Assembly: GCA_031549195.1 (NCBI GenBank)
Contig: JAVBQF010000006.1
Location: forward strand, 40,091 to 104,090
Origin: Bacilli bacterium
Lineage (GTDB): Bacteria > Bacillota_I > Bacilli_A > RF39 > UBA660
Direction of reading: 5' to 3'
Length of the DNA: 64,000 bases
The notes under the pieces were generated by a model, which made no database searches, was not told the DNA's origin, and was given only the letters and a program-made list of their open reading frames with translations. Positions within the stretch are counted from its first letter, which is position 1. Every line of letters begins with the position of its first letter. A program made the translations under genes and the position numbers. Shown here one piece after another: positions 56,274 through 64,000 of this stretch.

Positions 56274-57362
56274 ATGCTTAATGAAATAAAGACTATTGAT
56301 GATAGAAAAAAAAGATTAATAGATCTAGGTAAAGAAAATGGCTATATAACTTATGAACAATTAGCAGAAGAACTAAAAGGACTAGATATAGATAGTGATA
56401 CACTAGATGATTTATATAATACATTAGTGGAAGAAAAAATCGAAATAATATCAGATTCAACAGATAATAATGACACCACAGATGATCCTGAAGACTTAAT
56501 AGTAGAAGATTTAACACTCTCAAAAGATATTAAAATTAATGATCCTGTTAGAATGTATTTAAAAGAGATTGGTAGAATAAACTTACTTACAACAGACGAG
56601 GAGTTTGAATATGCTAAGCTAGCTGAACAAGGGGATGAATATGCTAAAAAGATGTTGGCAGAATCTAACCTTCGTTTAGTTGTTTCGATTGCAAAAAGAT
56701 ATGTAGGTCGTGGTATGTTGTTCCTTGATTTAATTCAAGAAGGAAATATTGGACTTATGAAAGCTGTTGATAAGTTTGATCCAACAAAAGGATATAAATT
56801 TTCAACATACGCTACTTGGTGGATTAGACAAGCTATAACAAGAGCAATTGCAGACCAAGCAAGAACGATAAGAGTACCAGTACATATGGTTGAAACTATT
56901 AATAAACTTGCAAGAGTTCAAAGACAACTTACACAAGAATTAAATAGAGAACCAACGGAAGAAGAAATAGCTAAAAAGTTAAATATAACTGTTGAAAAAG
57001 TTAGAGAAGTATATAAGATATCTCAAGATCCTGTATCTTTAGAAACACCAATTGGTGAAGAAGATGATTCTCACTTGGGTGACTTTATAAGAGATGAAAG
57101 AACTATGTCTCCAGAAGAATATGCAACAGTTGAAATGCTAAAGGAAGAATTAACTGCTGCACTTCTAACACTAACTGATAGAGAAGAAAAGGTGTTAAGA
57201 CTTAGATTTGGTCTTGATGATGGGCAATGTAGAACTCTTGAAGAGGTTGGTCAAATATTTGGTGTTACTAGAGAGCGTATTAGACAAATTGAAGCAAAAG
57301 CTTTAAGAAAACTAAGACATCCATCACGCTCAAGAAAATTAAAGGATTTCTTAATTGATTAA
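56274..57362 (+). CDS. sigA: RNA polymerase primary sigma factor (sigma-A/RpoD)
   Basis: Region 2 [18 protein letters not shown]...[14 protein letters not shown], and a region 4 HTH ([27 protein letters not shown]). Confidence 0.9.
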   Translation: MLNEIKTIDDRKKRLIDLGKENGYITYEQLAEELKGLDIDSDTLDDLYNTLVEEKIEIISDSTDNNDTTDDPEDLIVEDLTLSKDIKINDPVRMYLKEIGRINLLTTDEEFEYAKLAEQGDEYAKKMLAESNLRLVVSIAKRYVGRGMLFLDLIQEGNIGLMKAVDKFDPTKGYKFSTYATWWIRQAITRAIADQARTIRVPVHMVETINKLARVQRQLTQELNREPTEEEIAKKLNITVEKVREVYKISQDPVSLETPIGEEDDSHLGDFIRDERTMSPEEYATVEMLKEELTAALLTLTDREEKVLRLRFGLDDGQCRTLEEVGQIFGVTRERIRQIEAKALRKLRHPSRSRKLKDFLID

Positions 57363-58008
57363 TAAAAGATTAAAAACAATTGCTAACTTTGTTTCTGACA
57401 ATTCTAATATTATTGATGTGGGATGCGATCATGCATACTTATCAATTTATTTAGTAGAAAATAAAAAAAACACAAGAGCTATTGCATCAGATATCAATGA
57501 AGGACCATTACGAATAGCAAAATCAAATGTTGAAGCATCTAACCTAGAATCCTTAATAAAAATAAAATTAGGAGACGGGTTAGAACCAATAGAAGAAGAG
57601 ACTGATACAGTTATCATATCTGGTATGGGCGGAATTACGATTGCAAACATGATGTGTCGTAAAGATAAATTAAAAAATATCAGCAAAATAATTATTTCGC
57701 CAAATAATGAGTTTTATATAGTTAGAAAAACTCTTAACGAAAATGGATATTATGTTGTAGATGAAGCAATGGTAAAAGATCGAACAAAATATTACCCAAT
57801 TATTGTTTTTGAAAAGGGACAGCAAAAATATACAGAAGATGAATTGCTCTTTGGACCAATACTACTTAGAACAAAACAAAAAGACTTTATAGAATTTTAT
57901 ACATTTTTAAAAGATAATCTCTCATCTTATGTAAAACAATTGACAGATATGAATAAAAAAGAAAAAATATTAGAAGAAATAAAAAGACTAGCTCATATAT
58001 TGAGTTAG
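57355..58008 (+). CDS. trmK: tRNA (adenine22-N1)-methyltransferase TrmK (YqfN-like)
   Basis: [24 protein letters not shown] and ISGMGG align with B. subtilis TrmK. The dnaG-sigA-trmK synteny matches Bacillus. Confidence 0.75.
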   Translation: MINKRLKTIANFVSDNSNIIDVGCDHAYLSIYLVENKKNTRAIASDINEGPLRIAKSNVEASNLESLIKIKLGDGLEPIEEETDTVIISGMGGITIANMMCRKDKLKNISKIIISPNNEFYIVRKTLNENGYYVVDEAMVKDRTKYYPIIVFEKGQQKYTEDELLFGPILLRTKQKDFIEFYTFLKDNLSSYVKQLTDMNKKEKILEEIKRLAHILS

Positions 58009-58016
58009 TCTTCTTT

Positions 58017-58250
58017 TTATAAATCCGGTATATTTTCCTTGATTTTTCTCATAATCTTCCAAGCTTGCATTTCTAAATATACTGAAGGTGTCATCAAATA
58101 TTTTTCACCATCTATTTCATATATTCTGCTTTTTTCAACGCTTGCTTTTTCTCTTTCTGAAATAAAAGAACTTCGCATAGGGATATTTAGCATTGGGCTG
58201 CTTAAGTGGCTTCTTATAGACCCAAATTGTAGATTGTTTACTGCATTCAT
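58017..58250 (-). CDS. Small hypothetical protein (77 aa from the internal ATG after GGAGGG)
   Basis: Minus-strand ORF with balanced composition. It overlaps a plus-strand ORF whose composition looks like antisense (L/F/I/S-rich). Confidence 0.3.
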   Translation of the reverse strand: MNAVNNLQFGSIRSHLSSPMLNIPMRSSFISEREKASVEKSRIYEIDGEKYLMTPSVYLEMQAWKIMRKIKENIPDL

Positions 58251-58368
58251 ACATTCCCTCCATGACATAAAGTATACCATATTATATCTTGTTTGTACTA
58301 ATTTTAGTCTATCTTTAGTTATAAATAGTAAATAATTACATATATTCTAATAGGAAGGAATGATTATA

Positions 58369-59184
58369 ATGAGAGAAATTGTATCTTTTAAAAAAGAAAT
58401 AGAATTTAAAACAATGATTAGTAGAATTACAGGTATTTCACTTGATCATACTCTAGAAGTTAATGATCATACGATTAGTGGTGATTTTGTAGTATCTGGT
58501 ACATATAGGATGACAAGTGCTAGTCAAATTGAAGAAGACTTTAGTTATAAAGTGCCAGTAGATATTGAGGTAGATGACAAATATGAGACAAAAGAGTTGT
58601 CTGTTGATATTGATGATTTCACTTATGAGGTTTTAAACGAAGAAATATTATTAGTAAAAATTGACCTTTGTCTTGATCATCTTGAATTAAAAGAGGAGCC
58701 AGAAGTTGTTGAAGAAAAAATAGACCCAATTGATGAACTAGAAGAAATTTTATTTGAAGATGATAGTGTTGAAGAAAAAGAGGAAGAATTAGTAAGAGTA
58801 GATGATGTGATTGTAGTTAATCATGGTGAAGAATCAAAAACTGATGTTGAAGAATATAAAGAGCTACCAATTGAGGATTTATTTAAAGAAGTAGAAACAA
58901 CAGAAAAATTAGAAATACCAGTTAATGTTAAAGAAGATATTACTGTGGAAGAAAAAGAAGAGTTTAGGTTTGATCCTACTAAGAGTGATTCTATATTTAT
59001 GAATTTAAATGATGGTACTGAATCATTTTCAACTTATCATATTCACATAGTAAGAGAAGGAGATAGTGTTGATTCAATATTAAACAAGTATAAAACAACA
59101 AAAGAATGTCTAGAAGAATATAATAATTTAAATGAGTTAAAATTAGGTACTAAAGTCATAATACCTGCAGTACATGAAGAATGA
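58369..59184 (+). CDS. SpoVID-like morphogenetic spore-coat protein: SpoVID N-domain, acidic linker, C-terminal LysM
   Basis: The N-terminus ISLDHTLEVNDHTISGDFVVSGTYR...PVDIEVDD...VDIDDFTYEVLNEEILLVKIDLCLD parallels the B. subtilis SpoVID N-domain. There is a Glu-rich middle region. The C-terminal LysM is YHIHIVREGDSVDSILNKY...LNELKLGTKVIIP. Confidence 0.5.
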   Translation: MREIVSFKKEIEFKTMISRITGISLDHTLEVNDHTISGDFVVSGTYRMTSASQIEEDFSYKVPVDIEVDDKYETKELSVDIDDFTYEVLNEEILLVKIDLCLDHLELKEEPEVVEEKIDPIDELEEILFEDDSVEEKEEELVRVDDVIVVNHGEESKTDVEEYKELPIEDLFKEVETTEKLEIPVNVKEDITVEEKEEFRFDPTKSDSIFMNLNDGTESFSTYHIHIVREGDSVDSILNKYKTTKECLEEYNNLNELKLGTKVIIPAVHEE

Positions 59185-60085
59185 TTTATCAAACCTAATA
59201 AATAAGTATCAATTTAAAGTAAATAGTTATAAAAGAATAGGTAATGTTCAAATAATTGGTACAGATAAAGGTAACTTTGCTATTAAAAGAAAAGCTGTTG
59301 ATGATAAAGAAAACTTACATAATTATTTGAAGTCAAAACAATTTTTTAATTATTTGCCATTGCATAATGATACAAGAGACGATTATGAAATAGTACCTTT
59401 TGTAGAAAATGTTGATATGTCAAAAGAAGATAAAGCTTTAAATATTATATACATAATGAGCATGCTTCACAATAAGACTACCTTCTATAAAAATATATCA
59501 CTTGATGAGATAAAAGAGTTCTACGAAGATAAAACAATAGAACTTCAAAACATGAATGACTACTATGACAATATAAGAATGCTGCTTGAAGAAGATCAAT
59601 ATGTATCACCAAGTAATTATTTACTATTAAGGAGTATTACATTAATATATAGGGCTATTGATACATCAAAATATTTTTTAGATAAGTGGTATAAGTTGAT
59701 GGAAGAAAAAAGAAGCAAAAGAGTAGTAATGCTTCATAATAATTTATCTTTAGATCATTTAGTTTCATCTACGGAGCTTTATCTAATTAGTTGGGATAAA
59801 TCTACTGTTGATAGTCCAATTTATGATTTTCTAAATTTTTATAAAAATGATTATTTAGAAATAAACTTTCCTGATCTATTTGATATTTATAATACTAAGT
59901 ATAAACTTTTAACAGAAGAAAAATATTTGTTATTTTCATTATTATCAATTCCAGAAAAACTAGAATTACATGATAAAGAAATAAATAATAGCAAAACAGT
60001 TTACGAGTTAATAAGCTATTTATATGGAGTAATTAACTTTATATCAGAAAATAACCCTGCATATTCCAATACTAAGACAAACTAA
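59174..60085 (+). CDS. CotS/YsxE-family spore-coat protein (kinase-like fold)
   Basis: Overlaps the spoVID-like stop, matching the spoVID-ysxE operon of Bacillus. It has a degenerate kinase catalytic-loop-like LHNNLSLDHLV. Confidence 0.4.
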   Translation: MKNDLSNLINKYQFKVNSYKRIGNVQIIGTDKGNFAIKRKAVDDKENLHNYLKSKQFFNYLPLHNDTRDDYEIVPFVENVDMSKEDKALNIIYIMSMLHNKTTFYKNISLDEIKEFYEDKTIELQNMNDYYDNIRMLLEEDQYVSPSNYLLLRSITLIYRAIDTSKYFLDKWYKLMEEKRSKRVVMLHNNLSLDHLVSSTELYLISWDKSTVDSPIYDFLNFYKNDYLEINFPDLFDIYNTKYKLLTEEKYLLFSLLSIPEKLELHDKEINNSKTVYELISYLYGVINFISENNPAYSNTKTN

Positions 60086-60367
60086 TTCAACAAACAATAC
60101 AATTGCATTTATTTTAGTGGTTATAAATATTAAAAGAAATGACTGATAGAATATAATTAAAATTAAAAGTAGAAGACAGCTTATATAGAAAGGGTTTCTT
60201 CTCCTTTTTGCTTTACACATATCACAACCACAATAGAAATTATGTTTCCTTGAATTAAACATAATAATCACCTATAGTATTCTATGACAAATAACGATAA
60301 TTGTTATTTTTTATTTGTAGTTTAATATATTCTTTGCTATAATTAATGCATAATAGGATGGTGTTAT

Positions 60368-62005
60368 ATGAAGAATAGAAGAGGGTTTACGTTAATTGAA
60401 CTTATTGGTGTAATTACAATTATTGGATTATTGCTATTAATTGTATTTCCATCAACAATGAAGTTGATAGAACAAAATAGTAAAAAGAAATATAATTATT
60501 ATTATGATGTTATAGAGAAAGCTGCTTTAGTTTATGCGAATAGCATCACAGATGAACTGGGTGGAATTTATGGTAATGGGTGTGTTGAGACAGATTTAGC
60601 AACTTTAATTAAAGAGAACTTTGTTAAAACTTTTGAAGATGAAGAGGTCACGTGTGATACACCAGAGAGTAGTGAAAACGTTAAAGTAAAGATAACTAAT
60701 GAAAAAGGAAAAGTAAAAGCTAATGTAAGCTTAGTTTGTATGAAGGGTACAAAAGTGGTGTATGAAAATAATGTGAAAAAGGAAGGTAGCTGTGTTGCAT
60801 ATCAGCCAGATACTCCAAATATATTGGTTTCAACACTAAAAACTAGTCTAGCGCCTTTCTTAACTACAGATGATAATAAAGAATATTTTATAACAGGAAG
60901 TAACCCTAATAACTATATTTGGTATTCTGGAAAATTATGGAGAGTAATATCATTTAATGATGAGTCTAAGACTATAAAACTAGTTACTGAAGATGTTATA
61001 TCGATAGTAACTTATAACAAAGATACAATTAATTATCCAACTAGTAACATATATTCTTGGTTAAACAGTCATTTTATATCTACATTAAGAGATACTAATA
61101 AATACTTAATAAATACTAACTGGAATTATACAACAGTTAGTAATACTAATAAACCAGCTGATACTAATTTAAATGCAAGTAAAGTTGGTATGCTTAACTT
61201 ATATGAGTACAATAAAGTTAAAACGTATTTAAATAAAAGTAAAAATTTTTGGTTACTATCACCTGTGGATGAATTGAATGCATGGTATGTAAATTCAAGT
61301 AACGCTACTGCAAGTGCATCTGTTGCAAGTTTCTTCGGAGTAAGACCATCGATTGTACTTAAAGCCAATGTTAGTTTTATAACTGGTGGTAATGGAAGTA
61401 TGAGTACTCCTTATCGTTTAGTAGGAGATAACTATGCAACAACAAATGCACCACTTAATACAAGATATAGTGGAGAATATGTATATTTTGCTGGATCAAC
61501 TACAAAATATAGAATAGTATCTACTGATGCCAATAGTACTAAAATAATAGCAGAAGCATCACTTCCAATAGGCAATATAAATTTTGATGATACATATTAT
61601 GAATATTCACCAGCTACAACTCTTGGAGAATATCTTAATACAACATGGTACAATAGTTTAGCAACAAATTACAAAAATATGATTTATAGTGGAGACTTTT
61701 GTGGTGAAATATTAGCATCAGATAAAGTCCAAAATCCAGTTTGTAGAACTACTGCTGAGATTAGAAATATGAAAGTAGGAATACCTAAAGCTGGTGATTA
61801 CTTTAGCAGTGCTAAGGCAACTACATATTGGACACTTAATAGAAAAGATGATGATAATATAAGTTGTATAGATAATACAGGTACAGTTTCATATCTTCCA
61901 TTTACATCAACATCAGCAGTAATACCTGTTGTATATATTGATAAATCGGTTAAAATAACTGGAGGATTAGGCACATTGGATTCACCATTTACCATAAGTA
62001 AGTAG
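60368..62005 (+). CDS. Type IV pilin-like protein with a class III (prepilin) signal peptide. Unusually large (545 aa).
   Basis: MKNRRG|FTLIELIGVITIIGLLLLIVFP is the canonical prepilin peptidase site with a hydrophobic alpha-1 helix. The remainder is Asn/Thr/Ser/Tyr-rich. No other pil or com genes are adjacent. Confidence 0.6.
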   Translation: MKNRRGFTLIELIGVITIIGLLLLIVFPSTMKLIEQNSKKKYNYYYDVIEKAALVYANSITDELGGIYGNGCVETDLATLIKENFVKTFEDEEVTCDTPESSENVKVKITNEKGKVKANVSLVCMKGTKVVYENNVKKEGSCVAYQPDTPNILVSTLKTSLAPFLTTDDNKEYFITGSNPNNYIWYSGKLWRVISFNDESKTIKLVTEDVISIVTYNKDTINYPTSNIYSWLNSHFISTLRDTNKYLINTNWNYTTVSNTNKPADTNLNASKVGMLNLYEYNKVKTYLNKSKNFWLLSPVDELNAWYVNSSNATASASVASFFGVRPSIVLKANVSFITGGNGSMSTPYRLVGDNYATTNAPLNTRYSGEYVYFAGSTTKYRIVSTDANSTKIIAEASLPIGNINFDDTYYEYSPATTLGEYLNTTWYNSLATNYKNMIYSGDFCGEILASDKVQNPVCRTTAEIRNMKVGIPKAGDYFSSAKATTYWTLNRKDDDNISCIDNTGTVSYLPFTSTSAVIPVVYIDKSVKITGGLGTLDSPFTISK

Positions 62006-62017
62006 TTTACAAAATAA

Positions 62018-62262
62018 AGATATTATAATATAATACTTTAAAAGCAATGAAGCTGAGGAGTAAATTAATAATTATTGATAGAGAGTTAGTGTTTGATGGA
62101 AACTAATAATAGTATTAATTGAAGGTAGCAGCAGAGTTTAATTTCTAAGTAAATAGGAAATTACGTATTAATGCGTTAAATTGTTGAGTGTGTGATTTTT
62201 CACAAACTAAGGTGGTACCGCGATAACTCGTCCTTATATAGAAATATATAAGGGCTTTTTTA
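62018..62262 (+). promoter_or_regulatory. T-box riboswitch leader with promoter TTTACA-17-TATAAT; presumed Val specificity based on the valS context
   Basis: The promoter is at 62018-62046. The T-box motif AACUAAGGUGGUACCGCG is at 62204-62222. A strong terminator CCUUAUAUA-gaaa-UAUAUAAGG plus U6 is at 62230-62262, overlapping the antiterminator. The specifier codon is not assigned with confidence. Confidence 0.6.
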
Positions 62263-62278
62263 TTTTATAGGAGGATTT

Positions 62279-62602
62279 ATGAATAGAGCAAAAGTGATAA
62301 CAATTTGTGGGAGCATAAAATTTATTAGTGAAATACAATACCATGCGGAAAGATTAGAATTAGAAGGAAATTGTGTGCTAAGTATTATTTATCCAACAAG
62401 AGAAAATAAGGATGCATATACACCTAGTGAGCGTATAGTTTTTGATAGTATGCATAAGCAAAGGATTGATATGTCAGATGCTATATATATTGTAAATGTA
62501 AATGGTTATATAGGAAAAGGTACAAAAAGTGAAATAGAATATGCAAAGAAAAAAGGCAAGGAAATAAAGTATTTAGTTCCAAATAAGGAGGATTTATGTT
62601 AG
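62279..62602 (+). CDS. Small hypothetical protein (107 aa), possibly nucleoside 2-deoxyribosyltransferase-like Rossmann fold. It sits between the T-box leader and valS.
   Basis: RBS AGGAGG lies immediately after the leader terminator. The stop overlaps the valS start by 8 nt. Motifs [10 protein letters not shown]...[27 protein letters not shown] are suggestive only. Confidence 0.35.
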   Translation: MNRAKVITICGSIKFISEIQYHAERLELEGNCVLSIIYPTRENKDAYTPSERIVFDSMHKQRIDMSDAIYIVNVNGYIGKGTKSEIEYAKKKGKEIKYLVPNKEDLC

Positions 62603-64000
62603 ATAAGAAATATGATCATAAGATAGTAGAAGCTAATAGATATGAAAAATGGTTTAAAGGAGATTATTTTAAAGCTGGTAAAGATAAAAGTAAGGAACCG
62701 TTTACAATTGTGATCCCACCACCAAATGTAACGGGAAAACTACATTTAGGTCATGCCTGGGATACAACGCTTCAAGATATTATTATTCGGTATAAAAGAA
62801 TGGATGGATATGATGCTTTATGGCTTCCTGGAATGGATCATGCTGGTATTGCAACACAAGCAAAGATTGATAAAAAACTAAAAGACATGGGCATGAAGCC
62901 AAGAGAAATGAATAGGGAAGAATGGCTTTCTTATGCTTGGGACTGGAAAAAGGAGTATTCAGAAAATATTCGTGCCCAATGGGCAAAACTCGGATTATCA
63001 CTCGATTACTCTCGTGAAAGATTTACACTTGACGATGGTCTATCGAATGCTGTAAAAGACGTATTTATAACTCTTTATAATAAAGGATATATTTATAGAG
63101 GAGAAAGAATAATTAATTGGGATCCAGAAGCGATGACTGCACTGTCCAATGAAGAAGTTATTTATAAAGATATTGAAGGAGCTTTCTATCATCTAAAATA
63201 TATAATTGAGGGAACCAAAGAATATTTAGAAGTTGCAACAACAAGACCTGAAACATTATTTGGAGATACAGCAGTTGCAGTTAATCCAAATGATGAAAGA
63301 TATACTCATTTGATAGGTAAGAATGTAATACTTCCGATTGTAAATAAATCTATACCAATAGTAGGGGATGAATATGCTGATCCAGAATTTGGAACAGGCG
63401 TTGTTAAAATTACTCCAGCACATGATCCTAACGATTTTGAAGTGGGAAATAGACATAACTTAGAGCGAATTAATGTTATGAACGTAAACGGAACCATGAA
63501 TGCATTTGCTAAAGGATATGAAGGTTTAGACAGATATGATTGTAGAGAAAAATTAGTAAAAAAATTGAAAGAAAACAATTTATTAATTAAAATAGAAAAA
63601 ATGAAACATTCAGTTGGCCATTCTGAAAGAACAGATGTAATGGTTGAACCTTATCTCTCAAAACAATGGTTTGTTAAGATGGATATACTTGCAAAACAAG
63701 TGTTAGAAAATCAAAAAAGTTTGAATGATAAAGTTAATTTTGTTCCAAAAAGATTTGAAAAAATACTAATACATTGGATGGGAAACTGTCGTGACTGGTG
63801 TATATCTCGTCAATTGTGGTGGGGACATAGAATTCCAGCTTGGTATAAAGATGAAGAAATATATGTTGGAAAAGATGCTCCTATAGGTGACGGCTGGGTA
63901 CAAGATAATGATGTACTTGACACATGGTTCTCTTCCGCGTTATGGCCTTTTAGTACTCTAGGTTGGCCTAACGATACAGAAGATTTAGAAAGGTACTTTC
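62595..64000 (+). CDS. valS: Valyl-tRNA synthetase (5' portion; runs off the window end)
   Basis: [15 protein letters not shown] (HIGH motif), [56 protein letters not shown]. Confidence 0.85.

Noticed and set aside
58039-58335. Plus-strand 98-aa ORF in the trmK to spoVID-like intergenic region
   Set aside because: It overlaps the minus-strand ORF 58017-58250, which has the more protein-like composition and an internal GGAGGG-ATG. The plus ORF translation is L/F/I/S-rich, as antisense usually is. Neither is certain.
60044-60271. Minus-strand 75-aa Cys-containing hydrophobic ORF overlapping the 3' end of the ysxE-like gene
   Set aside because: It overlaps a co-located CDS by ~40 bp on the opposite strand and has no clear RBS. 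It could be a genuine small membrane protein, but there is no support from sequence alone.
62783-63578. Minus-strand ORFs inside valS
   Set aside because: Antisense to an unambiguous aminoacyl-tRNA synthetase gene.
1-64000. CRISPR arrays, IS transposases, integrases, rRNA genes, prophage structural genes
   Set aside because: No regularly spaced direct repeats, no DDE or serine or tyrosine recombinase motifs, and no capsid, terminase or tail-like ORFs were recognised. The GH25 lysozyme stands alone and carries a signal or lipoprotein peptide rather than phage-lysin binding modules.

Overview
AT-rich (~30% GC) chromosome segment of a low-GC Firmicute. It is probably a spore-former: it carries SpoVID-like and CotS/YsxE-like genes, SepF, DivIVA, PolC plus DnaE, and the dnaG-sigA-trmK arrangement. 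The right ~35 kb (28.9-64 kb) is core genome: ftsA-ftsZ, ftsK, deoD, an M16 peptidase pair, a plsC-acyl-CoA ligase-plsC cluster, cspA-family, a LysR regulator, an orphan HerA-like ATPase, sepF, divIVA-like, rpmB, dnaE, an unknown gene, polC, murI, dnaG-sigA-trmK, spoVID/ysxE-like, a 545-aa type IV pilin-like gene, and a T-box leader followed by a small gene and valS (partial). The left ~29 kb is mosaic and accessory. It starts inside what looks like a conjugative-element module: a membrane-anchored cell-wall hydrolase with a SpoIID-type lytic transglycosylase domain plus an NlpC/P60 domain, a lipoprotein, and a VirD4/TraG-like coupling ATPase with a long Pro-rich tail. After that come a translationally coupled CoA-activase/dehydratase-like triad, a secreted thermonuclease with a thioredoxin-like and membrane-protein cluster, and tRNA-Cys followed by two repeat-flanked gene cassettes (a disrupted GNAT and a HAD hydrolase). 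Further on are a VOC protein, a zinc-ribbon membrane protein, CYTH and DUF2935-like genes, an Asn-type T-box leader controlling a GNAT-asnA operon, a GH25 lysozyme, an SDR plus FAD-dependent enzyme pair, and a compact two-peptide class II bacteriocin locus just upstream of ftsA (C39-ABC exporter, a small accessory protein, and two double-glycine-leader peptides). No CRISPR array, transposase, integrase or rRNA was found.
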